In this document: in pieces, positions 1 to 8,437 of the stretch
Numbering within the stretch: position 1 is the first letter of the stretch
Layout of the letters: each line of letters begins with the position of its first letter
IMG/VR virus record: IMGVR_UViG_2563366799_000006
DNA: 49,446 nucleotides
Origin: a virus
Taxonomy: Duplodnaviria; Heunggongvirae; Uroviricota; Caudoviricetes
Strand: one strand, 5' to 3'
Made by a program: the position numbers and the translations under genes
The notes under the pieces: generated by a model
What the model was told of the DNA's origin: nothing
Seen by the model: the letters and a program-made list of their open reading frames with translations, nothing else
Databases searched by the model: none

Positions 1-204
1 TCAGTTAATTGGCTGTTTCACACCTTCCCACTCTTTGACTGACTCCGACTTCCAGCGGTTAGGATTACCGGGAAAGTCCGGGGCGGGGAACGGCTTCGCA
101 AAACCCCGCGGCATCGTGTCTGTGCTTTGCCATGACCAAAGGGTTTTACGTGAGATTTTGTATCGACTGGTCAGGTCTGACGTCAGCAAAATATCATCCA
201 TCAT
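1..204 (-). CDS. Excisionase/AlpA-like small DNA-binding protein (putative Xis)
   Basis: 67-aa ORF whose stop is the first codon of the window; GGAG RBS upstream of tandem ATG ATG; small basic protein at the distal end of the leftward early operon where xis normally sits. Confidence 0.45.
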   Translation of the reverse strand: MMDDILLTSDLTSRYKISRKTLWSWQSTDTMPRGFAKPFPAPDFPGNPNRWKSESVKEWEGVKQPIN

Positions 205-246
205 TTTTCTCCAATGGCCCGAACTGGGCCATTTCCAAAAGTAATA

Positions 247-489
247 TCAAGAAACCTGACCAGGCAACGCGCGCAACCGGCGCATACCTGTCATCGCCGT
301 GGCCACGTAGCTAGCCTTACGGTTCACTACCTCCACCCAGACCTTCATACCTTCAACTCTCACCGTGTACGTCTCTTTCATCTTGCTGCGGCCATAGTCG
401 CCGTAACGTTCTGCATGAGTGGCCAGTGCTATGTCGCATGCCTTACGCGCTAACGGGGATTGCTGGTTGCCTCGGTTAATCAGTCGCAT
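247..489 (-). CDS. Hypothetical early protein (ORF track gives longer form 247..558)
   Basis: ORF 247..558; internal ATG at 489 has an AGAAGG RBS and avoids a long overlap with the upstream gene, so the shorter form is preferred. Confidence 0.35.
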   Translation of the reverse strand: MRLINRGNQQSPLARKACDIALATHAERYGDYGRSKMKETYTVRVEGMKVWVEVVNRKASYVATAMTGMRRLRALPGQVS

Positions 490-679
490 GGTCACCGCCT
501 TCTGGATTGGATGGTTGACGGAAAACCGCTCGGGACGGCGACCAATCGCAATATGCATCGGTTTCGGTATGCCCGAAAATTGCCTTACAGCGACGGATAT
601 GGGCGCAGTCGCCGCAGGTCTTACCCTTCGGGAGTTGCATTTTATCGGGGTCTGCCGGGTTATAATTTAGCTCAGTCAT
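476..679 (-). CDS. Hypothetical Cys-rich small protein (CGDC...C...C)
   Basis: 67-aa ORF with GGAGG RBS 6 nt upstream; start overlaps the stop of the upstream gene (coupling); four Cys in a zinc-binding-like spacing. Confidence 0.45.
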   Translation of the reverse strand: MTELNYNPADPDKMQLPKGKTCGDCAHIRRCKAIFGHTETDAYCDWSPSRAVFRQPSNPEGGDHATD

Positions 680-1028
680 TCCAGGCCTCCAGCTCGTTCT
701 GAATCTCTTCGTCTATTTCGTCGTTGCTGGCCTCTTCATTGAGGTAGCTCAGTGCTTCTTTCCTGTACTGCTCACGACGGCTGCTGTCGTACCAAACTGA
801 GAATTCTGGAGACCAGCCACGGTCATCGCCGTTTTCAGCAAAAAAATCATGCATTGCGTTGTTATAGGCCAGGCTCTCTACCATGCATTCAGCAGTTGTC
901 AGGGCGCATTCCCGGATGTAACCGCGAAGGTGGTGTTTGCGCCACCAAGGACTTACTTTCGAATCGCAACGTCCTTTGAACTCAATTTCCCAGCGGCGGA
1001 TGCAGCGTGCGTTTAAAGATTTACTCAT
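672..1028 (-). CDS. Hypothetical early protein with acidic C-terminus
   Basis: 118-aa ORF directly downstream of recT in the same orientation. Confidence 0.5.
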   Translation of the reverse strand: MSKSLNARCIRRWEIEFKGRCDSKVSPWWRKHHLRGYIRECALTTAECMVESLAYNNAMHDFFAENGDDRGWSPEFSVWYDSSRREQYRKEALSYLNEEASNDEIDEEIQNELEAWND

Positions 1029-1062
1029 CTCGTTACCGGGAGGGTTCGCCCTCCCGCCTCCC

Positions 1063-2154
1063 TTAGGCCACGTATTCCGGTTTCATATCCGCCAAGGTGA
1101 TGCTGAACTGATCGTGCAGTTCGTCGCCCAGATGACGTTTCGCCGTTGCAAGAACTCGCTCAACTTCCCCAAACCGTTCAGCTGCATCCGGTTCATCCGG
1201 AGACGGCAGGGAGTTGATCGCGGCTTCAACCTTGTTACGTGAATCAACCAGGTAGTAGCGCTTCACTGCCTTATTCTTCAGCTCGGTGAACAGGGCAGAT
1301 CCGAGCGTGGCCTTCGCGCTTTCGATATCAGCACGCAGTGCTTTGGCGCTATCAACATCCTGTGCTGCCTCGATGCGCTCGCGGAAATCATCGGCAAGAG
1401 CGTCGATATTTACCGACGATTCGTGTGCGCTTTGCGTAGTTGTGACGGTGTCACCTGCGATTTCAGCAACGCTCATTCGTTGGGCTGAGCCAGGGTTAAT
1501 AACTTTTTCTTCTCGTTCTTCGACTTCATCGGCACTGTAAACACCAAGAATCACATCAGGGCAGTACAAGCGAGCCCAGCGCTTTACCGCGAGATAAGCG
1601 AGCTGCTGACGCGGATCACTTGCCCATAGTGTCGAATTACGAACCTGAGCCTGAGAAAGCATGAGTACCAGTTCGCGTGGCTCATCCTCGCCTTTCATCG
1701 TTGCCCACACACGAATTCCTACACCGGCCTCATCCTTTAAATCCCAACCGGGCGCGATGTACTTATTGCCTTTAGAACTGGTTCTCTCTACAAATCGACC
1801 AATGATGTTTTCCCATGGGCCAAACCAATCGTAATGAAGGCGATCTTTTGTAGGCGACATGTTGGTAACAACCGCATTAACCAGTTGAGCTTCGTAACCC
1901 AACACTCCGCTATTACCGACGATGTGGGTCTTCTGAGCTACGGCAAAGGGGTCCATACCCCATCGTGCGGCCTGCATGACCACAGCCATGCAGGCATCTG
2001 GTTTTCCGCGGAAGTGGTCAGGTACAAAAGCGCCACTATTTGCCATCACTGTCGACAAGGTGCGTAGGCGGTCGAAAAGTTCCCCATTAGTCAAAATTGA
2101 GATGTTATCGATCATTTGCGTCTTGTTTTCGTTGGTAGTAATTGCAGTAGACAT
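1063..2154 (-). CDS. recT: RecT-family single-strand annealing recombinase
   Basis: 363-aa ORF starting 12 bp after the stop of the large nuclease gene upstream (recE-recT arrangement as in Rac); sequence recalls RecT/Red-beta annealing proteins; family assignment from memory. Confidence 0.65.
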   Translation of the reverse strand: MSTAITTNENKTQMIDNISILTNGELFDRLRTLSTVMANSGAFVPDHFRGKPDACMAVVMQAARWGMDPFAVAQKTHIVGNSGVLGYEAQLVNAVVTNMSPTKDRLHYDWFGPWENIIGRFVERTSSKGNKYIAPGWDLKDEAGVGIRVWATMKGEDEPRELVLMLSQAQVRNSTLWASDPRQQLAYLAVKRWARLYCPDVILGVYSADEVEEREEKVINPGSAQRMSVAEIAGDTVTTTQSAHESSVNIDALADDFRERIEAAQDVDSAKALRADIESAKATLGSALFTELKNKAVKRYYLVDSRNKVEAAINSLPSPDEPDAAERFGEVERVLATAKRHLGDELHDQFSITLADMKPEYVA

Positions 2155-2166
2155 GTTCTTTTCCCC

Positions 2167-4977
2167 TTATGCCTGAGTACGCAGCGCTTCAAGGCGGCGC
2201 AGGTCGAAGTCGTTCAGTTCGTCGGTGTAATCAGCGGTGATCGGCGCTGGCCATTCGCCAGTGTCAAAGCCGGTAGCGATAGCGCGCATCGCCTTGCGGT
2301 ACTCGAGCATGCCCAGCTCTAGCAGTTCAGCGGATGCCTCGATGATGGCGATCCAGTGGTAGTTCTCGTCTTTGTTGACGAAAATCCAGAAGAACTGGTC
2401 AAGTGCCGCGGTCTCGCAATACATGGCGGCGCTCAGGTGATAGTCACGGTCGATGATTTCCCGGTGCAGTTTGGCGCGCAGACCTTCCTGCTTAATGTTC
2501 CACATGCTGATGGTTTTAAGGTCGGCACCGATGCGTACCCCGTCCAAGTCGATCTCAAGGTCAGGACGCACGCGGACTTCAAGTCCGGTTTCGTCGTCAA
2601 AGCCAAAATAGCTCACCTCAACAGCGCGGCTCGGATGCTGAAGCAGCATCCCGGCGGTTGGGTGCTTTAGCAGGGCTTTCTGAATGGCCAGTGCGGTGCT
2701 CAGCTGCTGGCGGGTGACCAGCACTTTCCCATGCGGATTCTCGCGCCACGCATCCAACAACTCGTCGGCGAATACGGCTTCCGGATTAACAGACTTCACG
2801 GCCTGAATCAGGTCTGATTTGGTACCGGACACTTTCAGTGGTTGGGGCTTCTGCGCCTCCTGTGCAACCAAGTCAGGATTGATGATTGCCAGCTGCTCGA
2901 GCAGCGCGTCACGGCTACCGCTGGTTTTCACCTGCGGCGGCAGGGTGGCGTTGTACTCTTTGATGCAGGCTTTCATCGCCGCTGCGGTCTGCTTCTGGTC
3001 CGCTTCGATCCGCTGGTACTCTTCTGGCAGCGACATGTAGCTCTGGCCAGTTTCCTCGACTGAACCACCCAGTGGCACCTGAGCAGGCAGTGTGGCGTTG
3101 TATTCTTCCAACAACGCTTTGATGTCGTCGGCGCTCAATTGCGCTGGCAGGCTGGCGTTGTACTCATCGATAAACGCGCGGATTGTTGCCGTTGTGGTGA
3201 ACGCGCCTTCCGGGATCATCGGTTCAACGCTGAACTCTTCATCAAGCTGCTCTGGCTGCAACGCAAGGCCGTGCACCAGGTTACCCATGTCCAGTACCGG
3301 AGAACGCTCTTTGGTGATCGTTTTGGCAACGTGGCGCGCATTGAAGTACATCAGCGATACACGCGCATCTTTCACCTGGGTTGAGCTGATACCGTTCGCT
3401 GCGTGATAAACCTCGTTCGGCAACCCTTCATAGCGGCCTGGCTCAAAGTAAGCAGGGTAAACAACAGCCGGTTCGTCAGAATGAGATTCTGGCTCGGTTT
3501 GTGCCGCAACTGGTTCAGTTTGGTTTACAGAATCGCTGTTTTGGCTAACAGAATCCGCATTCTGGTTTACATCGGCCTGCTGGCCGGTATGTGACTCTTC
3601 ACCAGTTTCCAGACTGCTTTCTCCTGACTGCACTTCATCACCAGCCTGTTCTTCATCACTGACAGTTTCTTCCATCTGCACATTGCTGGTGGTTTCCTCA
3701 TTAAGTGGTGAACGGTCATCTGTTTGTGTTTGTTGATCACCCATCAGGCCATCAATGGAGAATACGCCGTTGCCCATGTTGGCGATTTGTGGCTGTTTAG
3801 CAGCTGTTTTCTGCTCTGCAGCGACCTGCTCATTAAACTCATTTTCCCAACTGACGTCCGGCGCATGACCAGCATCAGCCAGCGTTTCTTCTGAGGGGTT
3901 TGAGTGGTCATTTTCGGTTAGATTGGCATTGATATATGCCCGCAACCGCCCAGGAAAGTTAACCAATTCGGATGATGTGCCGCGGATGAGTGCAAAGATG
4001 GCGGCGCGTGAATAGTCCAGGATGCCAGCGGTTTTGCGCAGCGCCTCAGACCATTCGCTGAACGGACTTTCTTTCTTGCTGACAATCTCTTTAGCGCGGC
4101 GGTAGACCCCACCAGGTATGTCGTAGATATTGAAATCCATTGGCAAGGTGGCCAGCGCAATTTCAACATCCAGAGTGTCCAGTGTGTGGACGTAGTCGGT
4201 ATTGCGATCGGTCTTATTTCCACCGCCAGCATTGGTTTTGACGTCAGTGCGTTGAATCTGCACAACACGGTTGCCTTTCTGCCATTCCTTGACCAGCAGG
4301 CCACGGTCGATGTAATCAGTGTTGAACCACACCGTCAGGAACTGGATAACTGTTGCCAGTTCCGGTTTTTTACCGTCGACAGGGAAGGCTTTCTTAACGG
4401 CATTCACGACTTTATGGATATCGTGCTCAATGGCTTTTTTGAATGCTTCCACATTCTCAGCAGCCAGCAGCAGGTTTTGGGCGTACGCGTTATCAGTGTC
4501 CATCTCAAGGCGGACAATCTCGTTTTTCTGACCAGCGTCGACGTGATAGAGATATTCACCATCACCGATGAACTGAGCCAGTACGCGCTGACGGAATGGC
4601 AGGGTGGCAACGACGATCAGGTTCGGCTGCTCTGACTGCTGAGATTCTTCTGCGGTGCTGTCTTCAGTATCCGCGTCGTCGACAGACTCATCTTCAGCCT
4701 GTTGTTTAACATTCCAGGTGCGCTGGTCTTCAGCCAGTTCGTAACGATCGCACCATGTGAAATCAACTTCGCCTTCTTCTGGCAGGTCGTTGTACACCGG
4801 GAAATCAGTGCGAATAGGTTTGGCGTAGTCCTTACCACGGCCGGTTTCGATGCCTGCATCTTCCAGTGCAACATCCAGCTGCAGGTTGGCGCGAGCCTCG
4901 GTTTTCGCAGTGAACCAGACCACTGCATCTTGTTTTCCGGATTTCTGAGTGGCTTTAACCACATTAAAGAATTCCAT
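2167..4977 (-). CDS. recE: RecE-like exonuclease VIII (C-terminal PD-(D/E)xK nuclease domain, acidic linker, internal repeats)
   Basis: 936-aa ORF; C-terminal region has RPD...GADLK, a PD-(D/E)xK-like motif; long D/E/S/Q-rich low-complexity linker; three copies of an EYNA(S/T)LP(A/P)QV peptide motif; immediately upstream of recT. Confidence 0.7.
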   Translation of the reverse strand: MEFFNVVKATQKSGKQDAVVWFTAKTEARANLQLDVALEDAGIETGRGKDYAKPIRTDFPVYNDLPEEGEVDFTWCDRYELAEDQRTWNVKQQAEDESVDDADTEDSTAEESQQSEQPNLIVVATLPFRQRVLAQFIGDGEYLYHVDAGQKNEIVRLEMDTDNAYAQNLLLAAENVEAFKKAIEHDIHKVVNAVKKAFPVDGKKPELATVIQFLTVWFNTDYIDRGLLVKEWQKGNRVVQIQRTDVKTNAGGGNKTDRNTDYVHTLDTLDVEIALATLPMDFNIYDIPGGVYRRAKEIVSKKESPFSEWSEALRKTAGILDYSRAAIFALIRGTSSELVNFPGRLRAYINANLTENDHSNPSEETLADAGHAPDVSWENEFNEQVAAEQKTAAKQPQIANMGNGVFSIDGLMGDQQTQTDDRSPLNEETTSNVQMEETVSDEEQAGDEVQSGESSLETGEESHTGQQADVNQNADSVSQNSDSVNQTEPVAAQTEPESHSDEPAVVYPAYFEPGRYEGLPNEVYHAANGISSTQVKDARVSLMYFNARHVAKTITKERSPVLDMGNLVHGLALQPEQLDEEFSVEPMIPEGAFTTTATIRAFIDEYNASLPAQLSADDIKALLEEYNATLPAQVPLGGSVEETGQSYMSLPEEYQRIEADQKQTAAAMKACIKEYNATLPPQVKTSGSRDALLEQLAIINPDLVAQEAQKPQPLKVSGTKSDLIQAVKSVNPEAVFADELLDAWRENPHGKVLVTRQQLSTALAIQKALLKHPTAGMLLQHPSRAVEVSYFGFDDETGLEVRVRPDLEIDLDGVRIGADLKTISMWNIKQEGLRAKLHREIIDRDYHLSAAMYCETAALDQFFWIFVNKDENYHWIAIIEASAELLELGMLEYRKAMRAIATGFDTGEWPAPITADYTDELNDFDLRRLEALRTQA
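2931..3178. repeat. Three imperfect direct repeats (~22-bp core GGCAGGNTGGCGTTGTAYTC) inside recE
   Basis: Copies at about 2931-2969, 3080-3118 and 3140-3178 on the + strand; they encode the repeated EYNA(S/T)LP(A/P)QV motif. Confidence 0.6.
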
Positions 4978-5116
4978 GTGAGATCCTCATTTTTGGGTGT
5001 TAGAATCCCCGGGCCATTGATAGCGCCCATTGGGTTAACTTTGGTTTTGATGTTGTTTCCGGTGTAACTTTGGTCGGTGCCACCGGACGTAGATCCCGCC
5101 TTGCGCGGGGTGTACG

Positions 5117-5278
5117 TTAGCCTTCGTGAGCCATCTGGTCGTGCGAAGCGCAACGTTTGGAGCAATACTCTTTCTCTTTGCGCGCCAGCAGTGAGCCGTT
5201 GCGATAGAGAAGGGTGCTTTTGATTACCTCTTCCGGTTTAACCGGTTTGCTGCAATAACCGCATTTCTTGTCTTGCAT
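5117..5278 (-). CDS. Small zinc-ribbon-like protein (53 aa, CGYC...C...C), below ORF-track cutoff
   Basis: ATG at 5276-5278 (minus), stop TAA at 5117-5119; hand translation MQDKKCGYCSKPVKPEEVIKSTLLYRNGSLLARKEKEYCSKRCASHDQMAHEG; position matches the small genes between recE and kil in Rac. Confidence 0.35.
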   Translation of the reverse strand: MQDKKCGYCSKPVKPEEVIKSTLLYRNGSLLARKEKEYCSKRCASHDQMAHEG

Positions 5279-5289
5279 GACACTCTCCG

Positions 5290-5655
5290 TTAATGGCTGA
5301 GGCCATTCCCCAGACCGTTCAGATAAACTTCAACCAGCAAATCCCTGGTGTAAGTCATCTCAACGCCGCGATGCAGATACAAACGACCACGAGCATTGGC
5401 TGATGCCGTCCAGGTTGAATCCTTGTGTTTGACGAGCATCCCCGGCTGAACTGCGCCGCGGTTTACTGTCTGTGTACCGTAGTGCTGATGAACCATGATG
5501 TTCTCCACTATTGCTGAGTGAACTTCGCTGGTGGTGCCGTGGTGCTGATCTTCACAGTTGAGCGTTTTAACTCTGCAGTTCACCACCGCGAAACCCACTC
5601 TTATGTGCCTGTCTTTTATCCACTTCAGGCTCGGTGGTATGCTGGTAGTTCTCAC
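5290..5655 (-). CDS. Hypothetical early protein (Kil-position); a shorter 5290..5496 form has a better RBS
   Basis: ORF-track 121-aa form uses a GTG with no RBS; internal ATG at 5494-5496 is preceded by a GGAGA RBS. Confidence 0.4.
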   Translation of the reverse strand: MRTTSIPPSLKWIKDRHIRVGFAVVNCRVKTLNCEDQHHGTTSEVHSAIVENIMVHQHYGTQTVNRGAVQPGMLVKHKDSTWTASANARGRLYLHRGVEMTYTRDLLVEVYLNGLGNGLSH

Positions 5656-5675
5656 ACAGCCAGCAAGGAATAACT

Positions 5676-5969
5676 ATGAAATCAGTAACTAAGCCATGTC
5701 CTATTTGTGGTGAAGATTCTTTGTCTTTTAACCAGACAAATCAGTTGGTTAACATCAAAGTAAAACCACCAACTATTCGTGAAGTTCCATCAGTGGTTTA
5801 CGTTTGCGATACTCACGGATGGTTTTCACTTTCAGAACAGATAAACAGACTCGTCACATCTAATGACGACCCTGCGGCTAAGCAAAAACTGGCTGTTATT
5901 GTCAAAGAGCGATATGTGCCGGAACAGGATCAGCCGTTAGCCCTGAAACCTATTGAGTCGCTCGCATAA
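5676..5969 (+). CDS. Hypothetical zinc-ribbon protein (CPICG...C.THG)
   Basis: 97-aa ORF with AAGGA RBS; rightward gene inside the leftward early region; 3' end overlaps the 3' end of 5950..6219 by 20 bp. Confidence 0.5.
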   Translation: MKSVTKPCPICGEDSLSFNQTNQLVNIKVKPPTIREVPSVVYVCDTHGWFSLSEQINRLVTSNDDPAAKQKLAVIVKERYVPEQDQPLALKPIESLA

Positions 5970-6219
5970 GGTCTTTTCGGCTCTCGCTGCGATATCCCAG
6001 GCGGTACATTTTCACGTAGGCTTTGCCGCGAGGAATGCCGCCTGTTTTGTTGAATCTCTGCTGGGCGCGGCGATGGTGTTTTGCTTCAGGGCTGTTTGAA
6101 CCTTTCCCGCCATTCGATCGAGAACTTGGGAGTTGCATTGGCTTTTGGCGTGAATAGAATTTACGTGCCCAGCATGCTCCAAAGCCGATCATGCCTGTTT
6201 TCTTCGTATTACCTTTCAT
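5950..6219 (-). CDS. Small basic protein, first ORF downstream of the putative PL (N-like antiterminator candidate by position only)
   Basis: 89-aa ORF, GAGGGG RBS, Arg/Lys-rich; lies about 70 nt downstream of the predicted PL start. Confidence 0.4.
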   Translation of the reverse strand: MKGNTKKTGMIGFGACWARKFYSRQKPMQLPSSRSNGGKGSNSPEAKHHRRAQQRFNKTGGIPRGKAYVKMYRLGYRSESRKDLMRATQ

Positions 6220-6298
6220 CTCAATCCCCTCGTTTGCCCTTGTCGCCAGGCCAGCGGAACGTTTGAACTTGATGCGCTTAGTGTTTCTCGATGGGGTG

Positions 6299-6340
6299 AT
6301 GATAGCTAAGGCGATTTATTTTATCAATCGCTTAAACGAT
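6299..6340 (-). promoter_or_regulatory. Putative PL promoter with overlapping OL operator
   Basis: Minus strand reads TTGATA (6322-6327), 17-nt spacer, TATCAT (6299-6304); palindrome ATCGC-TTAA-ACGAT at 6327-6340 matches the OR operator consensus ATCGC-N4-GCGAT. Confidence 0.45.
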
Positions 6341-6663
6341 AATATTGTGATTTTGCCGATTATTATTTGATTTATAAAGTGATTTATTTTTGTATGAGAT
6401 GCGTGATATGCTCAAAAAAACACCAGGCGGGGATATTGATATGGGTTTAGGAATGGATATGTCACGTGATGAGCTGCTGGAAGATCGCGCTGCTTTCATG
6501 GCTGGCGAGATTGGCGGTGCAGTTGTCGAGTAGATAATCAACGGTGTGGTGATAAGTCGAGATGCGATAGTAGATAGCTTGGAGACTAAGCGTCGCGCGG
6601 TTGGAAATGTGATTCACAAAGGAGTGTTGTGGGATGTCACTGCTATGGTGAGAAAAGGAATAT

Positions 6664-6686
6664 GAAAACCGGCATAATGCCGGTTT
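6664..6686 (-). terminator. Hairpin terminator at the end of the cI operon
   Basis: Inverted repeat AACCGGCA-taa-TGCCGGTT followed by a T-rich run on the minus strand, overlapping the stop of 6685..7317. Confidence 0.45.
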
Positions 6687-7317
6687 ACTTTGATTTTTCC
6701 TGTTGGTGAAGTACTCGTGGAGTAGTTGGTTCTTGAGGTAATTGGATGATAACAGGTTGCTGCGCTACTGGTTGAACTACGGGCGGATCACTCTTCAAGG
6801 CAGAAACAAGACTAGGTAATGCAACGACAACCGCAATGATAACGCCAAAAATAGCAAGCCTAGTGGAAATACCTGATTGAATACCGCCAATCGCAGTGTT
6901 TATTCCTGTAATTTGCCCTTGTATACCTTCGAATTTGCCATTGATGGCTTTTACATCCCCATCAACGCTATCCATTTTCCCTTCAATTTTAGAAGAAATA
7001 GAGCTAATAGATGAATTGAGCGATGCCAGCTGAACGTTCATATTCTCGCGTGACAAAGCCATTTCAGCTCTAATCGAAGATGCAATGGACTCCATCTCCG
7101 CCTTATTGGCAGCTAGAAGTGCTTGCATTTCTTCACGGCTAACTGATGACATTTCATTTCCCCCATCAGTTTCATTAGCTTCATCTGTTGATTTGATAAA
7201 GTTAGTATACATTTCTTCTTTATCGACGCGTAGTCTGTTTTGAACATTGGGGTACAGGTCATCTTTATCAATGCCAGAACCGCAGTCTGGGACAGCTTTG
7301 AGAGATGGGCCCATCAC
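6685..7317 (-). CDS. Coiled-coil protein with a single C-terminal transmembrane helix (rexB/sieB position, no recognised family)
   Basis: 210-aa ORF; long heptad-like Ser/Ile/Gly-rich region then hydrophobic segment LAIFGVIIAVVVALPSLVSAL; start overlaps the stop of 7314..7700 (ATGA). Confidence 0.6.
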   Translation of the reverse strand: MMGPSLKAVPDCGSGIDKDDLYPNVQNRLRVDKEEMYTNFIKSTDEANETDGGNEMSSVSREEMQALLAANKAEMESIASSIRAEMALSRENMNVQLASLNSSISSISSKIEGKMDSVDGDVKAINGKFEGIQGQITGINTAIGGIQSGISTRLAIFGVIIAVVVALPSLVSALKSDPPVVQPVAQQPVIIQLPQEPTTPRVLHQQEKSK

Positions 7318-7700
7318 TTCCCATCCTCTCCTTGATCTTCTTTTCTTTTATTAATCAGTGTCCTGGCTTTTTTATAAGAAAAAAGCAGTACATGTGCGCA
7401 GTGATCACACGTGATTCGAAATAGTGGCATACCGCCAGGATATGTCACAGCACTATCAGTATCAGGTTTGTATTGTGCATAACTAAGTGTTTCGATCACA
7501 TGATGTTTTGGCTGATTTTCTTCTACATCAAGATCAAAGGCACCAACTACAGACCATGACTGGTTCCCGCAGATTTGGCAAGTTATTGGTTTTTTGAATG
7601 AATTTATGAAATCAATGAACTCATCCGCTGTGATAATCTCGGAGTTTGCTTCACTATGAAATAATTCCGATTTCATAATTATGATCCTTTTCTGGGCCAA
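7314..7700 (-). CDS. Zinc-ribbon-like protein (CQIC...CDHC), first gene downstream of cI (rexA position, no recognised family)
   Basis: ORF-track 128 aa; likely start is the ATG at 7674-7676 (120 aa) with AAGGA RBS; 20 bp downstream of the cI stop, same strand. Confidence 0.6.
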   Translation of the reverse strand: MAQKRIIIMKSELFHSEANSEIITADEFIDFINSFKKPITCQICGNQSWSVVGAFDLDVEENQPKHHVIETLSYAQYKPDTDSAVTYPGGMPLFRITCDHCAHVLLFSYKKARTLINKRKEDQGEDGK

Positions 7701-7720
7701 AGTAGATAAAAAGTACAGTT

Positions 7721-8404
7721 TTACAATCGGTTATACTTTATTGATTCATGAATCAATGCCTTACCCATTACGTAGAGTTGATCCTGATTACCTTCGTTAA
7801 TGTACCACTTCTCATAAGCTGAGTTATCAGACAAAACTGCCAACCTATCGCCCTGCATCTGCAAGCGCTTCACATGGAAATGTTGTCCGAAAACGAACGC
7901 ATAAACACCGTCGACCTTGAAGTTTCTTACAGAAATATCGAAAAACAATCTGTCACCAGACTGTATAGTTGGACACATGCTGTCGCCATCGACCGTCATT
8001 ACTTTTACGTCTTCCTGAGAACGATTTCCGAAGAGTGAACGAGCGTGTTCGGTTGTGAACTCAATGGCGTGTAGAACCTCAACAAACTCAGAAATCATGA
8101 AAGAACCTGGCCCCGCGCTAAATGTCAGGTCAAGTACGTCAACTCTGAATATGTTTGAGTCTTTTTTTGTCGCGGTAATGGGAGGCGGTAGCTGGCCATC
8201 GTTACGCATCGGTCCGGATCCCGTGGAAAGCCATTCAGGGCGAACATTGAGAACAGAAGCTATCTCGACCGTTTTTCTTGAGCTTGATGCACCATTTAGC
8301 AGCTTGTTAACACTTGACTGTGCCATGCCAACTGCCTTAGCTAGCTTGCCCTGTGTATAACCCGCCTCATTCATTGCGCGATCTAATCGCTCAGAAAAAC
8401 TCAT
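7721..8404 (-). CDS. cI: CI-type prophage repressor (XRE HTH + S24 LexA-like peptidase)
   Basis: 227 aa; N-terminal HTH (QGKLAKAVGMAQSSVNKL); Ala-Gly cleavage site (FSAGPG); Ser in GDSM and Lys in HVKRL; divergent from cro. Confidence 0.9.
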   Translation of the reverse strand: MSFSERLDRAMNEAGYTQGKLAKAVGMAQSSVNKLLNGASSSRKTVEIASVLNVRPEWLSTGSGPMRNDGQLPPPITATKKDSNIFRVDVLDLTFSAGPGSFMISEFVEVLHAIEFTTEHARSLFGNRSQEDVKVMTVDGDSMCPTIQSGDRLFFDISVRNFKVDGVYAFVFGQHFHVKRLQMQGDRLAVLSDNSAYEKWYINEGNQDQLYVMGKALIHESIKYNRL

Positions 8405-8437
8405 TAAAGATACCCCCTAATAACCTTCATAAATATT

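Noticed and set aside
208-228. Inverted repeat AATGGCC-N7-GGCCATT just upstream of the putative xis start
   Set aside because: No adjacent U-tract on either strand, so not called a terminator; possible protein-binding site but unsupported.
1039-1056. Hairpin GGGAGGG-ttcg-CCCTCCC between recT and the next gene
   Set aside because: No T-run; lies in a 34-bp intergenic gap within one operon; not called a terminator.
1286-1540. 84-aa + strand ORF
   Set aside because: Lies antisense inside the RecT-family gene; low-complexity Ala/Ser-rich translation; no RBS.
4617-5165. 182-aa minus-strand ORF
   Set aside because: Overlaps the 5' end of recE in another frame and runs through the RBS region; composition looks like a frame artefact.
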